A stretch of 17,643 nt of DNA from assembly GCA_965649115.1 (NCBI GenBank), contig CBFGJN010000042.1, positions 1 through 17,643 on the forward strand, read 5' to 3'. The translations under genes and the position numbers were made by a program. Below, piece after piece: positions 7,947 through 17,519 of this stretch; positions within the stretch are counted from its first letter, which is position 1, and every line of letters starts with the position of its first letter. The stretch comes from a candidate division WOR-3 bacterium (GTDB lineage: Bacteria > Hydrothermota > Hydrothermia > LBFQ01 > DSFT01). The notes beneath the pieces are model-generated. The model worked only from the letters and a program-made list of their open reading frames with translations. It did no database searches and was not told where the DNA came from.

Positions 7947-8791
7947 AGCCTGAACTTTTAAAAGAATTGAGAGAAAGGACAGGTGCAGGACTTATGGATT
8001 GTAAAAAGGCTTTAATTGAAGCTGATGGTGATATTGACAAAGCTGTTGAAATACTTAGGAAAATGGGTATTGCAAAAAGTGAAAAAAAACTTACAAAGGA
8101 AGCAAGGCAGGGTTCAATTTCAAGCTACTTATCAAGTGACAGAAAACTTGGTATATTAGTTGAGCTTAACTGTGAAACTGATTTTGTAGCTGCAACTGAT
8201 GATTTTAAGAACTTATTAAACAATATCCTTGAAGTAATTAAAATAAATAAACCAAAGAACTTAGATGAACTTAAAGGTTTAAAACTTCCAAGTGGTGATA
8301 GTGTTGAAAATGAAATAAAAATTCTCATAAGCAAGGTTGGAGAAAACATCATTTTAAGAAGATTTTCTATATTTGAAACAAAAAATGGATTTATTGAGAT
8401 ATATGTTCATCCTGGAAGCATGTTGGCAAGTATGGTTGAGATAGAACCTGACAACCAGAGGTTATATCAATTTTCAAGAGATATTGCTATGCAAATTGCT
8501 GCTATGAATCCAATTAGTATATCTGAAAATGATATTCCTTCTGATATAATTGAAAGAGAGAAAAATATATATAGAGAACAAGCTATAGCGGAAGGAAAGC
8601 CTGAAAAAGTTATAGATAGAATTGTTGAAGGGAAGTTAAAAGCCTTTTTCTCGGAAAGGGTTTTATTAAATCAACAATTTATAAAAGATAATACGAAAAC
8701 TGTTTTAGAGTATAAAAAGGAGCTTGAAACTCAAACAGGAATTGATATAAAAATTGTTAGGTTTGTTAGATTTAAGGTTGGTGAGGAATGA
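7934..8791 (+). CDS. tsf: Elongation factor Ts
   Basis: [17 protein letters not shown]…[10 protein letters not shown]…AMQIAA..P…F.RF.VGE. Confidence 0.99.
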   Translation: MADIKPELLKELRERTGAGLMDCKKALIEADGDIDKAVEILRKMGIAKSEKKLTKEARQGSISSYLSSDRKLGILVELNCETDFVAATDDFKNLLNNILEVIKINKPKNLDELKGLKLPSGDSVENEIKILISKVGENIILRRFSIFETKNGFIEIYVHPGSMLASMVEIEPDNQRLYQFSRDIAMQIAAMNPISISENDIPSDIIEREKNIYREQAIAEGKPEKVIDRIVEGKLKAFFSERVLLNQQFIKDNTKTVLEYKKELETQTGIDIKIVRFVRFKVGEE

Positions 8792-9960
8792 AACTTAAAT
8801 TTATAGAAGAGGAATTAGAAAGACTTAAAAGTGAAGGTTTATATGTAAATATAAGAGTAATTGAAAGTGAAGTTTCTTCTTGGTTTGTTGTTGATGGTAA
8901 AAAATGCTTAAATCTAACATCAAATAATTATTTAGGATTTGCTAGTGATAGGAAATTGATTGAGAAGGTTATAGAATATGTTAAAAAATATGGAATTGGT
9001 CCAGCTGCTGTTAGAACAATTTCTGGAACAATGTCCATTCATACTGAATTAGAAAGAAGGTTGTCAAAATTTAAGGAAGTTGAGGATGTTATTTTATTAC
9101 AAAGTGGTTTCATGGCAAATTTGTCAGTTATTCCTTCAATTGTTTCAAGTGAGGATGTTATATTTTCTGATGAATTAAATCATGCTTCAATAATAGATGG
9201 TTGTAGATTAAGTAGAGCTGAAATTGTTAGATATAGACATTTGGATATGAATGACTTGGAGGATAAACTAAAGCAATACACAAATAAAAGGAGAAAATTG
9301 ATTGTAAGTGATGGTGTTTTCTCAATGGATGGGGATATAGCACCACTTAATGAACTAATTGAATTAGCTAATAAATATGATGCTATTTTAATGATAGATG
9401 ATGCTCATGGGGAGGGTGTTCTTGGAAGGAATGGAAGAGGAATTGTTGATCACTTTAATGCTCATAATAAAGTTGATATTGAAGTGGGAACACTTTCAAA
9501 GGCTTTTGGCGTTATAGGAGGATTTGTAGCTGGTAGTCAAAAACTTATAGAATATTTAAAGCAAAAAGCAAGGCCATTTTTATTTTCAAGTGCTTTAACT
9601 GTTGCTGATGTTGCTGCGAATTTAGCTGCAATTGAAATTATGGAAAGTTCTGATGAACTTGTTAAAAAGCTTTGGGAAAATAAAAATTATTTCCAAGAAA
9701 ATTTAAGAAAAATGGGATTTAATCTTGGGACAACTAAAACACCAATTACTCCTATTATTATTGGTGATGAGAAAAAAGCACAACAATTTTCAAGAGAATT
9801 ATTTGAAAATAATATATTCGTTCAAGCAATTGTTTATCCAACAGTTCCAAAAGGAACAGCAAGATTAAGGGTTATGATTTCAGCTATTCATAAGAAAGAA
9901 GATTTGGACTTTGCACTTGAAGTTTTTGAAAAAATAGGTAAAAAGTTATCAGTTATATGA
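8788..9960 (+). CDS. Glycine C-acetyltransferase / 8-amino-7-oxononanoate synthase family PLP enzyme (Kbl/BioF)
   Basis: [40 protein letters not shown] (PLP lysine), and YPTVP.G.ARLR. Kbl versus BioF cannot be settled by eye. Confidence 0.9.
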   Translation: MKLKFIEEELERLKSEGLYVNIRVIESEVSSWFVVDGKKCLNLTSNNYLGFASDRKLIEKVIEYVKKYGIGPAAVRTISGTMSIHTELERRLSKFKEVEDVILLQSGFMANLSVIPSIVSSEDVIFSDELNHASIIDGCRLSRAEIVRYRHLDMNDLEDKLKQYTNKRRKLIVSDGVFSMDGDIAPLNELIELANKYDAILMIDDAHGEGVLGRNGRGIVDHFNAHNKVDIEVGTLSKAFGVIGGFVAGSQKLIEYLKQKARPFLFSSALTVADVAANLAAIEIMESSDELVKKLWENKNYFQENLRKMGFNLGTTKTPITPIIIGDEKKAQQFSRELFENNIFVQAIVYPTVPKGTARLRVMISAIHKKEDLDFALEVFEKIGKKLSVI

Positions 9961-10829
9961 TTGTATCACTTAATGATATTTTAAAAGATAATGTTGTATT
10001 TCAGTTCAATTTTCATAATCTTGAATTTTTAAAAGCAATTTTGGAGGTTCATTATGAAGAAAATTATCCTTTAATCCTTGGTATTAGTGAAAGTGGTTTA
10101 AATTATATGGGAGAAGATTTTGTCAAGGGATTTATCTTAACCATAGAAAGAAATTATAAAAATCTTCCTATTGTGATTCATTTAGACCATGGTAAGAATT
10201 TGGAAATTATTTTAAAAGCTATAAAATTAGGTTTTTCTTCTGTTATGATTGATGGTTCAAGTTTAGATTTTGAGAGTAATGTTAAAATTACAAGTGAAGT
10301 TGTTAATATATGTCATAAAATTGGGATTTCAGTTGAAGGTGAAATTGGACAACTTAAAGGTTCTGATTATATGACTGATCCAGATGAAGCTAAAAAATTC
10401 GTTGAACTTACAAATGTTGATGCACTTGCTATATCTATTGGAACAAGGCATGGTGCTTATAAAGGCGAAGTAAAGTTAGACTTTGATAGATTGAAAAAAA
10501 TAAAATCACTATTACCTAACACGTTTCTTGTTTTACATGGTGCTTCAAGTGTTTATGATAATTACATTAATTTGATAAATCATTATGGTGGTAAAATTTT
10601 TAGTGCAAGTGGTATTCCTGATGAACATTATATTCTTGCTATTAATTATGGAATAAGAAAAATTAACATAGATACCGATTTAAGGATTGCTTTTGTTTAT
10701 GGAATTAGAAAATTTTTGTTTGAAAATCCTTCTGAAATTGATCCAAGGAAAATTCTCAAAAATTCAATAGAATCCATAAAGGATGTAGTTCGGCATAAGT
10801 TAGTTTTGATAAAGAAAAATATGAAGTGA
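9957..10829 (+). CDS. fba: Class II fructose-bisphosphate aldolase
   Basis: [32 protein letters not shown] and KINIDTD motifs. Confidence 0.92.
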   Translation: MIVSLNDILKDNVVFQFNFHNLEFLKAILEVHYEENYPLILGISESGLNYMGEDFVKGFILTIERNYKNLPIVIHLDHGKNLEIILKAIKLGFSSVMIDGSSLDFESNVKITSEVVNICHKIGISVEGEIGQLKGSDYMTDPDEAKKFVELTNVDALAISIGTRHGAYKGEVKLDFDRLKKIKSLLPNTFLVLHGASSVYDNYINLINHYGGKIFSASGIPDEHYILAINYGIRKINIDTDLRIAFVYGIRKFLFENPSEIDPRKILKNSIESIKDVVRHKLVLIKKNMK

Positions 10830-10859
10830 AATTCTTTATTCTAGACTTAAGGAGGACTT

Positions 10860-10990
10860 TGCCCATATGGGCATTTATGAGCCGTAAGCCTTATTTTTAG
10901 GCACAACACAAGGCATATCTAACTTGCTTTGTTCAATAAAGGTGGAGACCCCCGTATAGCCTAAAAATGGTTATTTACGAGCCGAATCTA
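10860..10990 (-). repeat. Internally deleted tandem derivative of the repeat family (copy C)
   Basis: Junction CACAAGGCA-TATCTAACT-TGCTTTGTTCAATAA with a 9-bp spacer. GGGCATTTATGAGCCG matches the reverse complement of copy D (GGGTATTTATAAGCCG) at 14/16. An 18-nt imperfect direct repeat lies at 10867 and 10967 (15/18). Confidence 0.7.
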
Positions 10991-11012
10991 ACTTACCTTT
11001 AAAATTTTCATT

Positions 11013-11300
11013 ATGAGAATTACTGCAAGAAACTTTGAATTAACGGAAACGCTAAGGGATTACATAAGCAAAAGGCTTGGACATTTAGACAGATATTCAG
11101 ATCATATTATAGACTCTGAAATAATTCTCATTGAAGAAAGGGGTCAGTATAAAGGAGAAATGATTGTTAAGGTTAAAGGTAGAACTATAAAAGCTGAAAC
11201 AAAGGATAACGATGTTCTTAAAGTTGTAGATGAGCTAAAAGATATTGTCATAAGAGAATTAAAGAAATATGAGGAAAAGTTAAAAGACCATAGAAAATAA
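11013..11300 (+). CDS. hpf: Ribosome hibernation factor HPF/RaiA, short single-domain form
   Basis: MRITARNFELTE.LR.YI..RL..L.RY…; 95 aa with no C-terminal dimerisation domain. Confidence 0.9.
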   Translation: MRITARNFELTETLRDYISKRLGHLDRYSDHIIDSEIILIEERGQYKGEMIVKVKGRTIKAETKDNDVLKVVDELKDIVIRELKKYEEKLKDHRK

Positions 11301-12911
11301 TTGCGAATTTTTATTATTTTTTCAATTGTTTTCATTTTTTATTTTGTTTTTATATTAAAATTATTTGAATTACAGATTTTAAGAGGCGAAGAATTTAGAA
11401 AAAAGTCGTATAGTAATCACTTTTACATAATAAAAGTTAAACCTTCAAGGGGTAATATATATGATAGAAATGGCTTCATTATAGCTGGTAATTTAACAAG
11501 CACGAAAAATTTTATTATTACAAAGGAAAAGGATATTTTGAAAGAATATGAAAGCTACATTGCTTCATTAAATGGTTATTATAGTGATGTTATGGATTAT
11601 TTTGAGTCTTCAAGTGTTATTTCAAGAAGAGATTTACTTAGTGATGTTGTTTTTGTTCCAATAACAAGTAGAGTTTATCCTTATGGTGATTTAACACCTC
11701 ATTTTATAGGTTATGTAAATAGTGATGGTATTGGACTTGAAGGTTTTGAAAAAATTTTTGATGATAGTTTAAGAGGTCAAGAAGGAGAAATTATAATTCC
11801 TGTTGATGCAAGAATGAATATAACTGACAAAAATAAAATTATTTATAACTTTCCAAAGAAAGGAAAAGATTATAAACTAACGATTGATATTCAATTACAT
11901 AAATTCATAGATAGTTTATTAGAGAATTATGAAAAAGCTAGTGTTGTAGTTCTCAAAGCCAATGGTGAAGTTCTTGCTTTGTATTCAAAACCGAAATATG
12001 ATCCTCAAATGTTTTCAAGAGGATTAACGAAATCTGAATGGAATTATATTAATGATAAAGAATTGGCACCACTTATGGACAGAACTATATCAGGATTATA
12101 TCCACCAGGTTCAATAGGAAAGATTCTTACAACACTATTAGCTATTGAAAATGGTTGGAATTGGAAAACAAGTATGCCATGTCAGGGGTACATTGTTTAT
12201 GGTGGAAATGTTTTTAAGGATTGGACTATTCATTATCATATTTCAAGTATTATAGAAGCACTTGAAGTTTCCTGTAATGTTTATTATTATAACCTTGGTA
12301 AATTTCTTGGAATAAAGAAAATTACTGAAAGCTATAAAAAACTTGATATATTTAGAAAAAAATTTACGCCTTTTCCACAAGAGAAAATATCTTTTGTTCC
12401 TGATATTGATTGGTATATGGAGAATTATAAATTCATTCCTGGTGGCTCAGCACTTAATCTTGCAATTGGTCAGGGCGAATTAATGCTTACGCCAATTGCT
12501 ATATCTATGCTTGTTGGGGCAATTGCTAATAATGGAAAAATGCCTTATCCAAAATTTTATTTTGATCAAGTTGTTAAAGATACATTTAAATTACCATTTT
12601 CAGACTCAACAATAAAAATTACTAAAATTGCTATGTTAAATGTTGTAAAAGGTCAAAGAGGAACTGCTGGATATTTAAATTATAAACTTATGGAATATGG
12701 ATTAAATGTAAATGTTGCTGGTAAAACAGGTTCATCTGAAAATCCTCATAGTAAAAAAACACATTCACTTTTTACGCTTTTTGCACCTTTTGAAAATCCT
12801 GAATTTATAATTACAGTTGTTGTTGAAACTGCTGGACATGGAAGTGATGTTGCAGTTCCAATTGCTACTGAAATTTTAAGATGGTGTTTATTGCATTATT
12901 ATTATCAATAA
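11301..12911 (+). CDS. mrdA: Penicillin-binding protein 2 (class B PBP), TTG start
   Basis: N-terminal TM, RG.IYDRNG, R.YP.G, PPGSIGK (SxxK), SCN (SxN) and KTG motifs; adjacent to rodA. Confidence 0.92.
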   Translation: MRIFIIFSIVFIFYFVFILKLFELQILRGEEFRKKSYSNHFYIIKVKPSRGNIYDRNGFIIAGNLTSTKNFIITKEKDILKEYESYIASLNGYYSDVMDYFESSSVISRRDLLSDVVFVPITSRVYPYGDLTPHFIGYVNSDGIGLEGFEKIFDDSLRGQEGEIIIPVDARMNITDKNKIIYNFPKKGKDYKLTIDIQLHKFIDSLLENYEKASVVVLKANGEVLALYSKPKYDPQMFSRGLTKSEWNYINDKELAPLMDRTISGLYPPGSIGKILTTLLAIENGWNWKTSMPCQGYIVYGGNVFKDWTIHYHISSIIEALEVSCNVYYYNLGKFLGIKKITESYKKLDIFRKKFTPFPQEKISFVPDIDWYMENYKFIPGGSALNLAIGQGELMLTPIAISMLVGAIANNGKMPYPKFYFDQVVKDTFKLPFSDSTIKITKIAMLNVVKGQRGTAGYLNYKLMEYGLNVNVAGKTGSSENPHSKKTHSLFTLFAPFENPEFIITVVVETAGHGSDVAVPIATEILRWCLLHYYYQ

Positions 12912-14011
12912 TAGGTATTATTGAAATTTGGACAATAAATCCAGTTCTTGCACAAAAGCAAATTATTTTTTTGTTATTTTCAGTTTTTTTGGGTTATTTT
13001 ATTTACTTAAAATTTAAATTTGCATATATTGAAATGTTATTTTTTCCAATCTTGATTATAACAATTTTTTTGCTTTTTTTAGTTCATTTTCTTGGAAATG
13101 ATATAAATAGATGGATTGATTTGAAATTTTTCTATTTTCAGCCATCTGAAATTACAAAATTGTTGCTTCCATTTCTGTTCTACATTTATAATCCTTCTGA
13201 TAATCTAATTAAAGTTTCAATTATTATTTTTATTTTATTTTTACTTATTATTACACAACCAGATTTAGGATTTTCAATTTCAATTTTATTTGTATCATTT
13301 TTTGTATTTCTTTACTCAAATGTTAATAAAAATTTACTTATTTTTATTTTATTTTCAATAATGGCGGTTTTTACTTCGTTTAATATAATTTCTTTTGTTT
13401 TGACATTTTTGATTTTAATTTTTGTCCTATTTTTCTCAAAATCAAGGTGGTACTGGACAACATTAACAATTTTAACTTTTATTTTTATAAGCATTATAAC
13501 TCCTATTATTTGGAATAATATCTTAAAACCTTATCAAAGAACGAGAATAATAGCATTTCTAAATCCCGAAGCTTATAAAAAGAATGAAGCTTATCAAATA
13601 TATCAGTCTCAGATAGCTATTGGTAGTGGTAAGCTTTTGGGTAATGGTTTTAATAAAGGAACTCAAAAAAAATATGGTTTCTTACCAGAAGCTCATACTG
13701 ATTTTATATTTGCTTCAATATGTGAGGATTTTGGGTTTTTGGGAGGATTTATAACATTAACTTTGATTTTTATTTTGATTTTAAGAGTATTGTTTATTCT
13801 AAATAAAATTGATGATGAAAGGCTTAAAAGATTTACTTTAACAATTGCTTTGTTTTATATTTATTCTTTTATTGTTAATATATCTGTTAATTTAGGACTT
13901 ATGCCTGCAAAAGGTTATCCATTACTATTTGTAAGTTATGGTGGTAGTCATTTGCTCTTGGATTATATTTGCCTTTTCTTAATTATGTTAGTAAAGAAGA
14001 ACTTGCCTTAA
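12881..14011 (+). CDS. rodA: Rod shape-determining SEDS glycosyltransferase RodA
   Basis: RWI…QPSE..K, QPDLG, YQ..RI..FL.P, QS.IAIGSG…G.G, LPEAHTDFIF and SYGGS motifs. Confidence 0.93.
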   Translation: MVFIALLLSIIGIIEIWTINPVLAQKQIIFLLFSVFLGYFIYLKFKFAYIEMLFFPILIITIFLLFLVHFLGNDINRWIDLKFFYFQPSEITKLLLPFLFYIYNPSDNLIKVSIIIFILFLLIITQPDLGFSISILFVSFFVFLYSNVNKNLLIFILFSIMAVFTSFNIISFVLTFLILIFVLFFSKSRWYWTTLTILTFIFISIITPIIWNNILKPYQRTRIIAFLNPEAYKKNEAYQIYQSQIAIGSGKLLGNGFNKGTQKKYGFLPEAHTDFIFASICEDFGFLGGFITLTLIFILILRVLFILNKIDDERLKRFTLTIALFYIYSFIVNISVNLGLMPAKGYPLLFVSYGGSHLLLDYICLFLIMLVKKNLP

Positions 14012-15776
14012 TAACCTCTTTAACTTTATCTACAATATCTTTTGGTGTAAATCCTCTTCCATCGTACCTCTTTAAACTTTCTATTTTATCATGATTTGGA
14101 TAAAACATTTTTATAACATTTGCTAACTGACCTTGTGCATTTTGTTCTACAACAATAACTTTTTCACAGCTGTCTATGAATGATTTTATTCCTTCCTCAT
14201 CTAATGGCCAAAGTGTTCTTATTTGTAAGAATTTAACATCAATATCTTCATTTTTAAGTCTTTCCATTGCTTCCATTATTGGTCCATAAGTAAATCCAAA
14301 TCCTATAATTCCAATTTCTCCATTTCCAAAAATTAAATTTTCAGGTAAGTCACCACTATATTTAGCAGTTTGATAAATTTTTCTAAGTCGTTTTTCAAGC
14401 ATTTCCTTTCTTTTCTTTGGATTTTCAGTTGTATATCCGTCTTCTTCATGTTCATTTGAATTAGCTGTAAATATTCCTCCTTCCATTCCTGGTATTGTTC
14501 TTGGAGATATTCCATCATCTGTTATTTTGTATCTGAGGTACTTTTCACCTCTTGATAGCATCTCATCAAGTTCCTTTTGACTTAAAATTTTTCCTCTTTC
14601 AATTTTCACTTTTTCCAAATCAATTTCACTAACAGGAATTGTATATTTGTTTTGCGCTAAAACTTGATCAGCTAATAAAATAACAGGTGTTTGATATTTC
14701 TCTGCTAAGTTGAATGCTAATATAGCAAATTCAAACATTTCTTTAACATTTCCAGGAGCAATTACAATTCTTGGTGCATCACCATGACCACCGAATATAG
14801 CATGGTATATGTCGGATTGTTCAACTTTCGTTGGAAGTCCTGTTGATGGACCTGCCCTTTGTGCTAAATATATTACAAGAGGTGTTTCATTCATAACGGC
14901 AAGTCCTATCGTTTCTGTTTTTAGGGACACTCCTGGACCACTTGTTCCAGTCATTGCTCTAACACCGGCATAAGCTGCTCCAATTGCAAAGTTTATAGAA
15001 GCAATTTCATCTTCTGCTTGAACTACAACACCTCCATATTTGGGAAGTTCCTTTGATAGTATCTCAAGAACTTCACTTGCTGGTGTTATTGGATAGCTTG
15101 CATAAAATCTACAACCACCAACAATTGCCCCAAATGCAAGTGCCTCATTACCCATAATAAAATAAGTTTTTTCAGGATTTTTTACTTCCTCAATAATATA
15201 TTCATCAACTTTATTTATGTTTTCCTTTGCATAGTTGTATCCTGCATCAAAAGCTTCTATGTTTTTACTGGCTATTTTATCTCCTTTTGTTTTTAAGAAA
15301 TGGTTATATATGATTTCCTTTGTTTTTTCATAATCCATTTTCAAAAGATAAGTAATCACACCGACTGCTATAATATTTTTTATTACTTCAAGACCAAGTT
15401 GATTTTTAGCGATGGATTGCATAGGAACAAAGTAGTAATGAATATCATTTCTTATTAGCTCTTGATTTAATTCCTCGTTTGAATTATCATATATTATAAC
15501 TCCGTTTTCAACAACATCTTCAATATGAATTTCTACATTCTTTTTATCAAAGGCAAGCAAATAATCTAATTTATCTTTCCTACCATAATATATTCTCTTT
15601 TCGTTTGCTCTTAAAGTTATGTTAGTTGGTAATCCTCTTATATTTGATGGAAAATCTTTATAAGTAACTAACCAAAGACCAATATCTTTAAAAACTTTTG
15701 AAAGGACATCAGCAGTTGTTAAGCTTCCATCACCTGCTCTTCCAGCTACTCTAATTGTAATATCATTCTTAATCAT
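13983..15776 (-). CDS. 2-oxoacid:ferredoxin oxidoreductase alpha subunit (fused gamma-alpha type)
   Basis: N-terminal G.AG.G…S.IRG domain; GNEALA.GA…YPITP; QAEDEI; TSGPG.SL; QR.GPSTG.PT. Confidence 0.95.
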   Translation of the reverse strand: MIKNDITIRVAGRAGDGSLTTADVLSKVFKDIGLWLVTYKDFPSNIRGLPTNITLRANEKRIYYGRKDKLDYLLAFDKKNVEIHIEDVVENGVIIYDNSNEELNQELIRNDIHYYFVPMQSIAKNQLGLEVIKNIIAVGVITYLLKMDYEKTKEIIYNHFLKTKGDKIASKNIEAFDAGYNYAKENINKVDEYIIEEVKNPEKTYFIMGNEALAFGAIVGGCRFYASYPITPASEVLEILSKELPKYGGVVVQAEDEIASINFAIGAAYAGVRAMTGTSGPGVSLKTETIGLAVMNETPLVIYLAQRAGPSTGLPTKVEQSDIYHAIFGGHGDAPRIVIAPGNVKEMFEFAILAFNLAEKYQTPVILLADQVLAQNKYTIPVSEIDLEKVKIERGKILSQKELDEMLSRGEKYLRYKITDDGISPRTIPGMEGGIFTANSNEHEEDGYTTENPKKRKEMLEKRLRKIYQTAKYSGDLPENLIFGNGEIGIIGFGFTYGPIMEAMERLKNEDIDVKFLQIRTLWPLDEEGIKSFIDSCEKVIVVEQNAQGQLANVIKMFYPNHDKIESLKRYDGRGFTPKDIVDKVKEVIKASSSLLT

Positions 15777-15813
15777 AAGTTCTAAAATTTTAAAGTATAA
15801 GTTTATTTTTTTA

Positions 15814-15977
15814 TGTTTTGTCTAAGAATTCTGAAATGTAGATTATTTCTATTCTTTGCCCACCCACCCTATATTTAAGCCTTCGGCTTATAAATACCCG
15901 TTTAAATCTATAATTTCCTTAAAGCTTTTATAAGTTATTGATAATCAAGGATTTAACAATAATTATTGGACAAAGCA
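15814..15977 (+). mobile_element. Repeat family copy D (164 bp)
   Basis: TGTTTTGTCTAAGAATTCTGAAA…CCCACCCACCC…TAAGCCTTCGGCTTA…TTTAACAATAATTATTGGACAAAGCA. It is followed after 9 bp by a TGCTTT remnant. Confidence 0.85.
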
Positions 15978-16013
15978 GTTAATTATTGCTTTTACATCCT
16001 TTAAACTTTAAAA

Positions 16014-17219
16014 GTGAAAAATATCTCTATTATTGGTCTTCAATGGGGTGATGAAGGAAAGGGGAAGATTGTTGATTACTTTTCAAAAGATTATAAAGTA
16101 ATAGTAAGATTTCAAGGTGGTCCTAATGCTGGTCATACAGTTTATGTTAATAATAGAAAGTACATTTTTCATCAACTGCCTAGCGGTCTTATATGGGGTA
16201 ATAAAAAAGGTATAATATCAAGTGGTGTAGTATTAGATTTGGAAATTTTAAAAAAAGAAATTGAGCAAATAAAAGATATAGATTTCAAGCTAATTATTGA
16301 TTATAGAACAAATGTTATTTTACCCTATCATAAGTTAGAAGATGAGCTTGAGGAGAAAGCAGGTGGTATTGGTTCTACAAAGAAAGGTATATCCCAAGCT
16401 TATAGAGATAAGTTTGCACGAATAGGCATAAGAATTTTTGATATTTTAGATGAAAATAGATTGAGAAATGCTCTAATTAAGAACTATGAATTTAATAAGT
16501 ATTTTCTAAAATCAAAATTCAATTTTGAAATTATGTCTTTTGAAGAAGTTTTTGATTATTTATTAAGTTATAAAAATTTTGTTAAAGAATTTTCAGGAGA
16601 TGCTCAAATTGAAATTCTAAGGGAAAAAAAAGGAATATTATTTGAAGGAGCTCAAGGAACATTATTAGATATAACATTTGGAACTTATCCTTATGTTACC
16701 AGTTCAAGTACAATTACTTCTTCAATTGGAGTTAATTGTGGTATTCCATTAAACTTCATTGATGAACATATTGGTGTTTTTAAGGCTTATACTACGAGAG
16801 TGGGTAAAGGACCGTTTCCAACCGAGTTAAATGATGATATTGGTAGTTATTTAAGAGAAAAAGGAAATGAGTATGGTTCAACAACTGGCAGACCTAGAAG
16901 ATGCGGATGGCTTGATTTAGTTCTTTTAAAATATGCTATTAATATAAATGGTATAAATAAAATTGTTCTAACAAAAATTGATGTTCTCTTTGGTTTAAAG
17001 GAAATAAAATTATGTGTAGCTTATGAATATAAGGGCAAAGTTATTGATTTTCCTCCAATTTATGATTTAGATAATGTTAAACCAATTTATGAAAGTTTAA
17101 AAGGATTTGACAACTTAAATGAAGCTAATCATTATATTGAATTTATTGAAAATTACTTAAATATGAAAATTAATTATATTTCTTATGGATTTGAAAGGGA
17201 AAGTATTATTTCAAGATAA
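16014..17219 (+). CDS. purA: Adenylosuccinate synthetase, GTG start
   Basis: QWGDEGKGK, GG.NAGHT, FEGAQG.LLD, YPYVTSS, TRVG.GPFPTE and TTGRPRRCGWLD motifs. Confidence 0.98.
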   Translation: MKNISIIGLQWGDEGKGKIVDYFSKDYKVIVRFQGGPNAGHTVYVNNRKYIFHQLPSGLIWGNKKGIISSGVVLDLEILKKEIEQIKDIDFKLIIDYRTNVILPYHKLEDELEEKAGGIGSTKKGISQAYRDKFARIGIRIFDILDENRLRNALIKNYEFNKYFLKSKFNFEIMSFEEVFDYLLSYKNFVKEFSGDAQIEILREKKGILFEGAQGTLLDITFGTYPYVTSSSTITSSIGVNCGIPLNFIDEHIGVFKAYTTRVGKGPFPTELNDDIGSYLREKGNEYGSTTGRPRRCGWLDLVLLKYAININGINKIVLTKIDVLFGLKEIKLCVAYEYKGKVIDFPPIYDLDNVKPIYESLKGFDNLNEANHYIEFIENYLNMKINYISYGFERESIISR

Positions 17220-17236
17220 AGGGGTCTAATAGAGGA

Positions 17237-17321
17237 CGAAGTTATAAGCTGAAGGCTTATTATTAGGGTGGGTGGGGAAAATATAGAAATAATCATATTT
17301 TCAGAATTACTAGACAAAGCA
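17237..17321 (-). mobile_element. Repeat family copy E (left half only, inverted)
   Basis: The reverse complement reads TGCTTTGTCTAGTAATTCTGAAAATATGATTATTTCTATATTTTCCCCACCCACCCTAATAATAAGCCTTCAGCTT, nearly identical to 126-201. Confidence 0.85.
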
Positions 17322-17330
17322 AATAATCTT

Positions 17331-17510
17331 TGCTTTGTCCAGTAAATAATGTTAAGTGCTTGATAGTCAATAACTTATTAAAAATTCATTAAAATTCTTG
17401 AAATAATGGGGGGAATTTAAGGGGGGCGAAGTTTAAGCCGAAGGCTTATATTCAGGGTGGGTGGGAGAAGTATAGAAATAATTATATTTTCAGAATTACT
17501 AGACAAAGCA
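17331..17510 (-). mobile_element. Repeat family copy F (full, 180 bp, inverted) flanked by 9-bp direct repeats
   Basis: Ends TGCTTTGTCCAGTAA and TTACTAGACAAAGCA, flanked by AATAATCTT at 17322-17330 and 17511-17519. Confidence 0.88.
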
Positions 17511-17519
17511 AATAATCTT

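Noticed and set aside
10830..11012. 6S RNA or raiA-motif RNA upstream of hpf
   Set aside because: No convincing match to either consensus as I recall them, and the sequence is explained by homology to the repeat family. An Rfam search is needed to exclude it fully.
1082..14518. Short antisense or alternate-frame ORFs (1082-1369, 3009-3203, 3236-3589, 5695-5880, 6782-6991, 7107-7292, 8125-8352, 11144-11335, 13312-13494, 14333-14518)
   Set aside because: All overlap well-supported genes and show no recognisable motifs, so they are shadow ORFs.
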